From positions 50,074,788 through 50,138,787 of the forward strand of contig CM120640.1 of NCBI GenBank assembly GCA_051362555.1: a stretch of DNA of 64,000 bases. The letters run 5' to 3'. Below the pieces are notes generated by a model. The model saw only the letters and a list, made by a program, of their open reading frames with translations. It ran no database searches and had not been told where the DNA came from. A program made the translations under genes and the position numbers. Below, one piece after another: positions 1-12,457 of the stretch (position 1 is the first letter of the stretch; every line of letters begins with the position of its first letter). Origin of the DNA: Lingula anatina (Eukaryota > Animalia > Brachiopoda).

Positions 1-669
1 CTGATCACAAAACCTGAATTTAACCCAAAGAAAATGAAGCATGTTGAAGGAAATCATCTGTTAGAAGTGATGTTACAATTTCACTCCAATCAAATTCTGA
101 TTGAGTGTTCATTATCTTATGAACCCTCATTAGCCAACCAGGAAGGCAAAAAACCATTACAAGCAATGCTATTTCTCTATCATTAGCTCTTGAAAGATTG
201 ATATTCTAATAAAAAATGTACAGTTCAGAAAGCTACTGGTTTCTAGAAGTATATGTAAAGGTATTAAAACTAATAGATGTTATGCATCTTTTAAGGATAA
301 GTAATGGTTTCAGTATGGAAAGTGTTATATATATGTAATAGTTGTAATTAGAATAGTTCCAGACCATCCAGCTAGTTCTGTAAGATTTTAATCCTACAGC
401 CCTGAAGGCATATTAATATTTTTTCTGCCAAGTGTCATTATCTTCAACCTGGGCAAGCAGTTTAAGCAACTGGGCAAGATAAAGACATCATTGTATCAGG
501 CTGCTCAGGCATCAAACTGCCTAATGGTATTTGGATTTTTTTTCAGTTTATTTTGGTAATTTTTGTCATATTTGTCATGCATGCTTTATAAGATCCCCAT
601 TTTCTGGGATAAGATATCAAGGTGGACTACGTTTGTTTATATTGTATTTTGATTTCTTTTTAATTTCAG

Positions 670-3600
670 GATATGTTCGATCTGTTATATAATTTGAAAG
701 ATAAGAATAAAAACAGAATAGCAGAACTTCATATTAAAAACAACCAGGGACTGACCCCTCTTACTCTGGCTGCAAGACTATCAAGAAAAGATGTAAGTGA
801 AGAAACCCTATTAACATAAAAAATTTTCAGCAGTTATACTAAAAAATAATGGCAGTTATTTAGTTCCAAGGATCTTGTACCAGTACATAGCATCAGCAAT
901 GATTCTGACTTTTAGCCCATAAGTTTTTGCCCATATGTTTTGTGTGTTTTAGCATGTTCACATGTGAAAAACTACTGCTAAAGGCAATCATTTGGAAAAG
1001 AATTAACCTTTTGCAAAAAGTGGTATCATACTTGTTCCAATATCATACTCCCTTTAACACAGAAGACTGGGTTCCTTATTTCCCAACACTGCTTCTCACT
1101 CCAGAGGGAAAAGAGTGCAGCCAAATTTGAGGTTGAAATAAAAGTATAATGTTGAACTGACCAGTTGTAGCCAAAAAAAGTAAAGGGACAGAGTTTACTA
1201 GCATACCCCACTCCAAATGTGCCAAATGTTATTGAAAATTATGTTAACTTTTTGTTTTTCCCAAAACATGATACCAATTTCTCTTTACAGATGTATGAAC
1301 ACATTCTGGAGATAGAGCGTGAAGTCTACTGGATGTATGGCAATGTGACATGTGCAAACTACCCACTACAGGACATAGACACTATTGCACCTGATGGCAG
1401 AATCAACCCCAGATCTGTGTTGCGTGAAGTTGTGTATGGGGTGAGGAGCAAAGAATAGCAATATTTCAATATTTTTGTATTATGACTTGCCTAGAGAGGT
1501 GCATTCATCTGCTATAGATATCATACCTTAGATCAGGTCAGTTTAAAATATCTAATGGAGAAATGTGGCAATTTTTAGTCATTTTTTTTGAGACTTAAAC
1601 TTTAAGATGGTTTTAGCATAAAGGAATGGAAGAAAATTATGGTTTTATTTTTAGAAACTTCCTGGTCATATTGATATGATGGATGGAGTTGTAGCAAACT
1701 TACTGGATGAGAAATGGAAAACTTTTGCGAGATACAGGTAAAAATATTTGATAAAATCATTAACTTACATTTTTCAGACAACAGGTTGTTTTAAATTTAT
1801 TTTCAGTGGTATTTCAGTCAAAGAGTGTTAAATCAGTCAAAGAGTTCTCACATTTTTTCATGGAATTTTGCCATAAGTAATTAATGCATTTTTTCTGCTA
1901 ATAGAGTTTTTTATAATACCAGGTTCTACCGCCGATTCCTGATGTTTTTCTTGTATTACGCGATTTTGGTGGTGGCCTTCATGCTGCGTCCAGGGGCAGA
2001 CACTATGCCCACACAAGGTCCTAATGGCACAAATATCACAAACCCTTGCTATCTTGGCTTAGTCAGGAAACCAGAGGATTATGTGAGTTATGTTCACTTG
2101 TAGTGTGTAACATCTTCAAGGTAGGCCAGAGGGGTTACTGGTTTAGGAAGCTGCTTAAATTTAGTAATTAATTGATTGCTTCAAGAAAAACATAGAAGTA
2201 GGCATTTCTGTAGAATTAGTATGCCTCTTTCATCCAAGAAACAAAAATAAATTGTAACACCCCATTCTCATAGATTAGATCGACCTACATTGGATCGACC
2301 TAACTCCCTGGGGGTTCACGCTAAATAGCTGTCAGCCGGGCGGACACGAAAGTTAATTACCCCTTAAAGCTTGTAGTAGGCGGGGACGGACACTTAAGGG
2401 GGATTATCTGACAGTAATCTAGTGAGACTCCCCGCGGTGATAGATCGATCTAAAAGTTGTGAGAACAGAGCCTAAGTCTTGCTGTTTAAAAGAGTCAATT
2501 AAATAAAAAAAGTAAGTAAGAAAGTGGAAAAAATACCTGGCTATGCTTATTGCCCTTGCAGTGATACATTTTTTTTATTTTTCAATGTAGGCCCGTTTCG
2601 TGTTTGAAGCTCTTACTCTAGCAGGTGCCATATTGTACTTGTTTCTGTCAAGTCGGGAGACATATCATGTTGGAATCCATGTATTTATTGAGAGTTTGGT
2701 AAGGCATAAATAGTTTTAAAACAGCTGTAACATTAATGTTTTTTTTTTATTTATTTGGCATTGCCTCATAATGGTAATTAACTTTATATCTTACAATATC
2801 TGTGAAAATCCAAGTTGAACAACAATGTTTATTTCATAACTTAACTTTACGTTGAGTACTTCATTGTACTAATACAGGGGCAGGTCCAGGATTATTTGAA
2901 GGGGGGTCTGCTGGCGCAAAGCCCCCCCCCCCCCTCCCCCCCCCCCTCTCCACCCCCATGGCGTGGGGTCTGGACCTGGTTAAGGGCCCCCAAAAATTTT
3001 GGTATTTAAGAAGGTGAATGGTGCCATTTGGTACGGTTTAGAACTATGATTCAGCTAGTCATAATGCTAATTTCAAGAGGGGACAATTGGTATGATTTTC
3101 CCCCCTGACATCCCCCTAAATCTGCCACTGTAATTTATCTTGCAGGTATGCTTTTAAAAAAAAAACTGTTATGGTACAATGTACTTTTTTCCAGAGAAGT
3201 GCACCAACCAAGGCTTCATTTCTGCTGTCCTGCGTGGTTATAGTATTTCTTGTTCCTGGGAGGATAGCATGTGCTCCTGGTTATGAGGATGTTATGGCAG
3301 TTTTTGCAGTATTGCTGATCTCTTTATATTTTCTTTTCTTCTGCAGGTAGGTGGCAATATCTTGTCTGTCCATGAAAGAGGATTATTCTTTTATGCCCTT
3401 CTAGTTTATGGTTACTGTTACTTTGGCAAATGGAAGGGCAGACATTTTATTTGTACACTTTTTTTCCTTATGTGTTCAACAAAAAAAAAAAAAAAATATT
3501 AAGATTTGTGGGTAAATCATAAAAATGAAAAATAAAAAAGTTCTTAAATGATTTAGTGAATAACGTAAATGTTAAACAATTAAATTTGTTATTTTTTTCA

Positions 3601-5492
3601 GGGGATTTAAGATAGTGGGTCCATTTGTTGCAATGATCTATAAAATGATCATAGGGGATTTGCTGCGATTCTTTACCATATATTTGGTTTTTGTAATGGG
3701 ATTTTCTCAGGGTATGTAGACATACAACTTTTTGTAGCATTACACCAGCATTAACAAGTGTTTGTTGTGTTAAAGCATATATTGCAGTTTAATTATAAAT
3801 TTGTTCTTACCCATATTTAGTTGCCAGCTAACCAATATTCCATAGGATATTTCCAGTAAATGTGAAGTCTTGATTTGGCGTAAATAACAGACTGCAAAAA
3901 ATACTGCATGTTAATATTTGTGCAGTCTCAAATAATTGTTTTGATTGTGTCTGTTGCAGCCATGTATATTGTATACCGTGGGACTGATGATCCCATCTTC
4001 AGCCACTCTACAGAGTCCATAATGGGAATGATCATCATGTCTTTAGGAGAGTTTGGTGACATTTATGATTCATTTGATAACACCCTACATCCAATAATGG
4101 GAAAGGTGAGTTTATGATATTTTAAATCGTAAACCCATTTGGAGCATTTTATCATAGCATAGCTATATGTCATGTGCCAGTTTTGGCCTGTTTGAAGCTG
4201 CTTCTACTAATCAACTCTATTATGTTAATTGCTACTTCTCTTGTACTGTATCTTGATATTGCATTACAACACTTACCTTGCCCTGTTATATTTTATTAAT
4301 TAATTTTTAAATGTGGAAACTTAATTGTTATTGTACATAATTTTATAAAATTCACATTAATTTCAAGGCAGTTTGAAGCAGTGTTATTTTTTTTTTCTTT
4401 ATTCCAGGTTTTATTCTTTGTATACATGGTCCTGGTGACAGTATTACTGGTTAATATGCTCATTGCTATGATGGGGAACACTTATACTCTGATCAACTCG
4501 ACCCAGAAAGAATGGTTGAGACAGGTGAGATATAAAAAGAAAGCTTCATTGTAATGCACATCAGTTTTTTTCATTTTTTAAACTCAATTTTATCATATAA
4601 GAATTTCAAAGGCTTTGCTATTCACAATTGAATTCCAAACTACAGTTATATTTTTGGAAAGAAAAATAATATAATATTGTCTCTTTTACTCACACAGTAA
4701 AAATGTATATATTGTTTCTGTGAAATGAATTTTTATCTAATTTAAAAAGAGCATTGTTGGGTTTAGATTATAACCAAAATTCCCTTGAGAACATCAATTG
4801 ACAATTTTTTTTTTTTTTTAGAAAGCTCACATAGTCCTGGTGATTGAACAGAGCGTGACCACAGAAGAGAGGAAGAGACAACAGAGGATTTACTCCCAGC
4901 CCATGGGGGGTGACCGACGGGCACTGGTGGTCAGGTGGCATCAATCTGTAAGTGGTTTGGTACAATTTTTTCAGAAAGCCAAATACTGAGATGTTTTACG
5001 TTTGTTCATAATAATGAAAAATATTGGTATTTTTTTATTCTGAATCTATTACATATACTTCTCTAATTTTGTCCTGTATGCTTTGTTTATGACAGCATTA
5101 CTTGGAAGAAAGCTAATTTACCGTCTACCCTTGAAAGATGTGTTTTGTTCATTTGGTACATATGAAGATACAAGCTTATTTGGCCAGTGCATGTTTTGCA
5201 TCTTTTTTTTATTTGAATTTGTTGTGACACATTTTTTCTGTATTTGTTGTAATACATTTTTTAAGCTTAAGTTGTGTATAATATTTCCCATAAGTCATGT
5301 AATTTATCTATATTGAGTGTTGAAAAATATATTCAGGAAAAAGAGAAAAAGGAGTTATTGCAGCTGAGAGAAAAACATCGTCTCCAGAAGCAGTCTAAAC
5401 TGGCAAGAAAGAGAGATGGACGAATCCTGGTGGTCAGTGGGAGTACTACTTTAAATGTACTAGAAGCTGAGCAGGGCTTAGTTAACATTTAA
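670..5492 (+). CDS. nan: TRPV cation channel, Nanchung/OCR-like (3' part; 5' exons lie upstream of the window)
   Basis: Phase-consistent GT-AG exons: 670-792, 1291-1440, 1655-1737, 1923-2082, 2591-2698, 3195-3346, 3602-3711, 3960-4105, 4408-4524, 4822-4947, 5337-5492 (TAA). Encodes ankyrin [73 protein letters not shown] and [16 protein letters not shown], which match Nanchung-type TRPVs. Confidence 0.88.
2258..2472. mobile_element. Non-autonomous MITE (PIF/Harbinger-like), family A copy 1
   Basis: Flanked by TAA/TAA with degenerate TIRs. The interior is the reverse complement of the copy at 32102-32316 (shared gatcgacctaactccctgggggttca and gtaatctagtgagactcccc). Confidence 0.7.
2875..3130. 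mobile_element. MITE with CAG(G/T)GGC...GCCACTG termini
   Basis: Imperfect TIRs CAGGGGCAGGTCCAGG / CCTAAATCTGCCACTG and a GC-rich interior with poly-C, inside an AT-rich TRPV intron. Superfamily not assignable. Confidence 0.6.
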
Positions 5493-8344
5493 TATCGTTA
5501 CATCCAAATGCACCTGGATATTTTAAAGGGACTATCTATCAGTATCAGTTTTTTCTTAGATTATTTTAAAAACCATCCGTCTTTGTGTTCTGGTTAACAC
5601 AGATATGTTTAGATTAAATTTTGCCACATGTTGTGAAGAATGAAAAGCAGGGACTATTTGCCACACACTGTGAAGAAGGAAGAGCAGGGGCTCTTTATTG
5701 ATCTTTCTTCCATGAGGATGTACATTAGAATACATGCATTATACATGAAAAATTGTTGTTGATAATGTGCTTCTGTGAAGTATTCATGTTGGTTAAGTAA
5801 TTGTAATCTCATTGATGTGTAGTATAAAATATGACTTAAACAGCAACATGAAAATTAAAGAGTGATGTACATGGATCAGAATATTTGTCTTGATTAATCT
5901 CTTCACTGATGTACATTTGGAAAATGTAAGTCAAAGAATCTCATTGGGGGGAGTTTGAATCTTATGAAGTGTCCATTTAGTCGATATACAAAGAAAATGA
6001 ATTATTCCAGTCCTGCAACTTGAAGATTGGGTCATCACCAGAGCATTACTAAGCTATACTTCTTTTTAAAATGCAAATTTCTAAAACAGGGAAAACAGTA
6101 TAATGAGTGTGGTTTAACCAAGAAAGTATATTAGATCATAACTTCTTGGTATAGCTAATTAAATTGAAAAAAATTATAGAGCTTATGAGCAGACTGCTGA
6201 AACACACTTTATATACAATTTAAATACTGTCTGTTTTCTGATGTATACAGTTGTTAAATCTCATCCTAAGAAACATGCAACTGTTCTCAAATAGTGTTTT
6301 ACAAAGAACTCTTTATGTTGTTCTATAGCAGCAAGTTCAATTTTGCACTGCCACAAAATAAATGGTTATTTCCACTGATTGTGCAAGATTTTGACTAATA
6401 TTTATAGAAGTTTTGGGTTCAACAACTATTATGCAAGATGTCCTGCATAAGTTCATTCCCATTTGTCATGGATGTATGAATGGAAAAAAATCTTGGCTTC
6501 AGAATTTGTCATTTTATGCAATATTTATAAGAATGTTTTAACCCAACAATTAACAACCCAGTTCAATAACTTCAGACATGACAATCTTTTAATGTCTACC
6601 TTTTATTATATGTAGGCTGTACAGTTTTGTCCAGTCAGCTTTCATTTTGACCTTACTGACCTCGTACCATTGCTACAGACTGTTACATTTATCACAGAGA
6701 AAACAAATTAATTCTAAGCTAGAAGACTAAAATGTCAATGTCATATGAGTTAACAGGTAAAACATGAACAGCATGCATACATATTCAATAGTAATAAAGT
6801 GCTGAAATGCTTTCAGGACATAATCCCATTATTTAGCGATAATTATTACATTTAATAGGGAAATATTAGATTTGGTCCCTTCGAAATATTACAATATTAA
6901 AACAGGATAACAGCTATTAATATTTCCTCTGCAACATGCCAGTTTGCATACTTCTGGACTTCCCAGCTAACTAGAAAAATAATTTCCTCTTCTGGGATTA
7001 TTGAACAACTAGACAGCAAAGCTGGCAAATAAACAGACATCATACAAGTAACAAGGCAGCAAAGCTGTTAAATGTTCAGGTATTACGCAGAAAATAGTAC
7101 ACAAAATAATATTTTGGTGAATTTTTATCCACTGTGACGTAATGCTTTAATACAGCATCTTATCCTCATACACAATGTACTACTGGTAACATGGACATTG
7201 AAAAACTAGCAAGTGATTCAGTTCCATGGGATATAAAAGCCACTGAAAATCCTAATGGATGAAGATTTCACACACACAAAATGAGAAAAATTACCATAAA
7301 TGTAAAGCGATCATGCTGATTTTGAAAAGCAACCTGCCTCTTTACCAAACAAACCCACTCGATAAATTTAAAGTAAAACAAAAATACAGTTTGAAAGTTA
7401 TGGGGTGAACGTCATGTGTCCTACAACAATAACAACAGCAACAATGCACACAGACAGACTGATCAGAATATATACAGACACTGTAAGTGTCTGTATATAA
7501 AAATAAAACCAATTTTCACTGAATTCACAGTGATTTCTCATTATTTTGTTGCAGAAAAAGAGCATTCAACTTACGTTCCTCCTTTGCTTCATCTTTTAAA
7601 GCTTTGTAGAAATTGAATGAAACTTAAAAACCAGTCTTACAAGATTCTAGATACAGTGTGCTTGTTGGATTAAGCTAAAACATATAATGTACACAAAAAA
7701 CTTTTAAAAAGTCAAGAATCCATGTTGCTTGCTTTCTCTACAAGAGTATCTAAATGCAATACACAGAGAAAATATAACAAAGAAAACAAGATTGGGTACT
7801 TTGGATGGAATGAATAAATATATATGGACGGTTTTACAGCAAACAACATTATACTAATGAATATACATTTGTTTATAAAAGGACTGTCAAATACATTCAA
7901 CACTAGTGATTTGTTTGACTTCTAAAAAGCATATGATGACATACAAATCTAAAGCTACAAAATATTTGATATTTCACGAGTCATAAGTACAATGGCTCAT
8001 TTGAGACATTTAACTATGAGGTTTTACTGTTAGTGTTTTTTAATTGATGTGTGTGCTTAAAAGTACACAATAAATCGCATTTTCACATTTAAATAAGTCA
8101 TTTACAAATAAATAATCCAAATTTTCTTTGAAATTTTCTTTATGCAACAAAGACTCTATTTTAATACCTTGACTTTAGGACCCAGTATACATTGGGTCAT
8201 TGCTTGAATAAAAATGTAGAGATGTTTCTTATGCATTAGCTGAAGCACAACCTCTTTTGATATATTCTTTTAAAGTCAAATGCCATATTAGAAAAAGAAT
8301 TTTTCTTTAAAATGAGTCTCAACCTAAATGTTTGTCAATAGAAT

Positions 8345-9942
8345 TCATTTCTTTTTACCCTTTCCAGACTTGATATTTTTAAAGACCCAATCCATGCCTT
8401 CCTGTAATAAATGAAAAACAAATTAAAAAAGATTGATGGCATAAAAACACTTTTTCTTTTTCATGGGATTTGGCAAGACCAGTGTTTTTACAAGTTTTTA
8501 ACTAAATAAAGGTAGAAAGTATTTATTTATGGGGAAATGTTACATCATGGCCTTAAAGTAGAAATATTTTCTTACTCTGACACCCTCTCCAGTAATAGCA
8601 GAGCATGGCTGTATCTGCCATGCATGGTCACGTATTTGTGAAAGATCCAGCCCTTCAGAAATTTCACCTGGACTAGAAGCATTAAACAAATCCTGCTTAT
8701 TTGCATATATGAGGACTGGAACTCCGCCTAGTTTTTCCTCTTCTAAAAGTTCACCTAGCTCCTGCAAATAATATTATTCTTTAGATTAATATAGATAAAA
8801 AAAATTGTCATTACTTTTGCATTATTTTTGCTAAATAACTCAATATCTAATTTTTTCATAAATTGGAACAAATCAATTGTAAATTCCCAACATGTTTAAT
8901 GCCTTATAACTGCCTTTTGGGGATCAAAAGACTCCACACATATATATATATATTTCCTTTCTGAGTCTGTCTACCAATACCTTTGTTTTAAGATTTTACA
9001 GAATCTCATGAAAATCACGAAAATAAGAAAAATAAATAATAATAACAATCTTTGCATTTTAAGAGCAAAGATAAAAATGGTCCTGGAGTCAGACTTATGG
9101 TTGGGGTGGGCAAACATTCAGCTTGGAGACTAATATAAAGTAAGTTCTTCTGTGGTCTAATTTTGCTTATAAAACAGTTTTTTAAACTCCTTATGATGCT
9201 TGGGATGCCTGCATTCTAAAAAATCAATATGTTTATCATTGTAAATTATCTTGTTCTAAAACAGTAAACTATAACGATTTGGACTTCCACCTAACAAGAA
9301 TCTCCTGCAGAGTTGGACTGACCCAGCTAATACAATGTGTGCATCTGAATGCACCATGACACAATGGTCTTTAATGCACGTACCGCTCCTGTTTCTTCAA
9401 ACCTTTTCTGGTCTGCACTGTCTATCACATACACCTGAAATAAATTTTTTAAAGACGCAACATAAAATAATGTATTTAAGTGATTATTTATCATAATCAA
9501 TATCTTTTATTTTGAGCCAGTAAAAATTAAATATTACACTACTTTTTCTAAATGTACTTATTTGCAGTTTCACACATGACATATTTACAATGAATACTTA
9601 CCAAAATATCAGTGTTCTCAAAATAGTTTCTCCAATATGGCCTTATATTCCTCTGTCCTCCAATGTCCCATACATTTAACTTAAATCCATCTGATGACAC
9701 ACTCTTTATATTGAAACCCTATGAAAAATAATGAAGAAATCTTAATATGCATACTTCCCATTGTAAAAATGTCTATTGAAAACTCAAAAGCATGGAAATT
9801 GTTCACTAATTTTGAACTCCAATCTTTTAGGAGCATAGCAATAATGAGAAATATAAAACAGTAAATATCCATCAAAGGAAGCGACTCCAAACTCCCCAAA
9901 ACCATTTACCATAAAACAGAGTAAATTATCTCTGAATCCAAG

Positions 9943-9987
<45 letters not shown>

Positions 9988-10888
9988 TAGTCACCTGTGT
10001 TGGCATAATGTGGCTTATGTCTTCTGATGCTAAATGTTTTAATATTGTTGTCTTCCCAGCATTATCTAAACCTAGCAGCAATATTCTCAACTCCTTATCT
10101 GGAGAAGACTTAAGTTTCCGTAAAAGTGAAAGCAATCCCTAAAATAAATTAAAAGGTATTATAGAATAAACAATGAAACACGATAATGTGAAAATGCATT
10201 CCTGAAAACATTAAAATAGACATTCTTTTGACATAAGTTTATGTAATTCAAACCAGCCTTGATTATGCCTAAAACAAGTAGCATAGCAATAATGAGAAAT
10301 ATAAAACAGTAAATATTCATCGAAGGAAGCGACTCCAAAAACTATTTACCATAAATCAGAGAAAATTATCTCTGAATCCAAGCTATACCATATTTCTTTG
10401 GGAAAATAAAAAATAGTATAAAAGGCTTGATGATGTCAATATTTAATGAAATATCTCAACACTGTGAAAGAGGGTTGCTGTTTTAAAAATAAACATTATT
10501 CTTATTGTTTATTAAGTTACCGCAACTCTTGTAGATCTTGACATCCTTTCATTAAAAAATGGCCCTACTATCTAACACTTAGTGACTTAGAAATGACTCC
10601 CATTTTTCCAAATAGGCAAAGAAAAAACAATTTTTTTATTAAATACACAAGAAACCGTGACTGAAGTCTAAGTACCAATTATTTCTTTGCTCCGCCATTT
10701 TCAAATTGGCTTCGTTGCAAACATCATGCCTCCAACCGGATCAATAATAAGTAACTAGTATGTATAACCAAATAATACATTTACAATAAATCCGAATCCT
10801 TAGTAACACAAGATTTTCACTGTACATTTATCAATTATATTAAAACCACATCTGTGGAAGAAAAATGATGTCAAACAATTCTTACCAT
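8345..10888 (-). CDS. ARL3: ADP-ribosylation factor-like protein 3 (185 aa)
   Basis: Exons 10886-10888 (ATG only), 9995-10138, 9602-9718, 9384-9434, 8576-8761, 8345-8401 (TGA), all phase 0. Sequence [51 protein letters not shown]. Confidence 0.96.
9832..10387. repeat. ~110-bp direct duplication, one copy in each intron flanking ARL3 exon 2 (9832-9947 and 10280-10387)
   Basis: Both copies read agcatagcaataatgagaaatataaaacagtaaatat...gaagcgactccaaa...tttaccataaa...attatctctgaatccaagctata. Confidence 0.9.
9944..9984. repeat. (TA)n microsatellite; others at ~12407-12452, 32040-32089 and 52711-52747
   Basis: Directly visible dinucleotide runs. Confidence 0.95.
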
Positions 10889-11220
10889 GTCGGCTTTTTT
10901 TCAGCTTCAAGGTATCCAAGTCCTGACGTCACTACCGGAAACGATAAAATGCGCACTGCCAGTGACCCAATTTGCGAAAAATAAATAAAGCCCTGTGACC
11001 TATATGTGCATTACTTCAATGCGATATCATGTGCAGTGATTCGTGACGAGTATTACTTGGTTTGGGTCGGTACGTCACTATCAGTGGAGATATATATAGG
11101 ACACTATTAAACTGTTCTGTACTTGTTGGAGAGATCCCTCTGTAGTATTTGGACTTTTGTAGTACTGGTAGATATTCATGTAAAGTTACCCAAAACAGCC
11201 TCAAGTTCAGCAGGTGCATG
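10889..11220. promoter_or_regulatory. Bidirectional promoter ARL3/SFXN2
   Basis: Short CpG-containing interval between divergent genes. Palindromic CRE TGACGTCA at 10924-10931, ETS-like CCGGAA at 10935-10940, TACGTCA near 11070, and a + strand donor GTAAGT at 11220 that suggests a non-coding SFXN2 first exon. Confidence 0.65.
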
Positions 11221-11876
11221 TAAGTTTGTTGTTAACAACAACATGATTAATGACAATTAAATGATTAATTAAGCAATATCAATTTGGAACATGGAACTTC
11301 ATTACAGATAGTTTATTTTCGTGACAACACATATGCATTTTTTTAATTTTTTCTTAACCACAAATTAAACCACTCGAGTATATACAAGATCTCGAAGTGC
11401 AGTGGTTGTTTGTTTAGAGTTTAACCTTTTCCAGTTCATACTGGCCCAGGCCAGTTTGTAATCCACATTTATTTTGTAATAACTATGTTTATAGGTACAT
11501 TATTTGAGACTTAAATCTTATGAGAAAAATAATGCAGAGATGACTGCAACACTTGCAGTTACATACAGTACATGTAGATTTTGATTTTTTTTTTCAGTAA
11601 TATACACACTTGGTGACCTACATGTAACTTGTATTATACTGGACAGTGACCAAGGGTCATCTCAAAATGATAATCTTTGCCCACTCTGCAAGGTTCTAGT
11701 GGGAAATCAAATTGGATATTGAAGCTCAAATCTTGCACGTAATTTTATTAATTATTTTATTTATAACAACAGTCAGTATATCTAAATGACATTAATGAAA
11801 AGTATACATGTTATGCTGTGGCCGGAGATATTGATGGAATGTGCTTTGTGATTTGCTTTTAGGCTTCAGAAATTGC

Positions 11877-12402
11877 ATGAAGATGGCAAATAATAATTTT
11901 GCAAAGGACATGCGCATCAATCTGGATGAACCACGGTGGGATCAAAGTACATTTGTTGGTAGACTTAAATACTTTTTTTGGGTAACAGATCCTAGAGCTG
12001 TATTTAAGACAAATAAACAGCTTGATGATGCCAAGGAACTTGTAGCTCTCTATAAGTAAGTTGTGTGTGTGTCTCAACTAAATATGCATATAACATGTTA
12101 GATAAGTATCTTTCAGATAAGTATTTTTCTAAAAGCTGCAAAAAAAAAAAGAAAAAAAAATCAAACTTAATTTATTCATTCAAATTTTTTACAAAAAATG
12201 CCAAATTTTAAATGCCAAAATAATTGCATGGTGTTCAAAACACAAATTTGAGGGATAGATCTGTGATGACTTACATACAAGATAAAATTTTGATGACAAA
12301 TGTTTTAGTGGGAATAAGCTATTTACACAGCCATGAAGCAAGTATAACATTGAAATCGTTCCCATGCCACCCTCTTATTTTTTACCGCCCTCATTTTTTT
12401 TA

Positions 12403-12457
<55 letters not shown>

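Noticed and set aside
4822-4830. K in place of W after the TRP box (EWLRQ-KAHIVL)
   Set aside because: A basic residue at this position occurs in other TRPVs; not evidence of pseudogenisation.
11075-11095. CAGTG loops near sideroflexin UTRs as iron-responsive elements (also ~19030)
   Set aside because: The flanking 5-bp stems do not pair, so there is no IRE hairpin.
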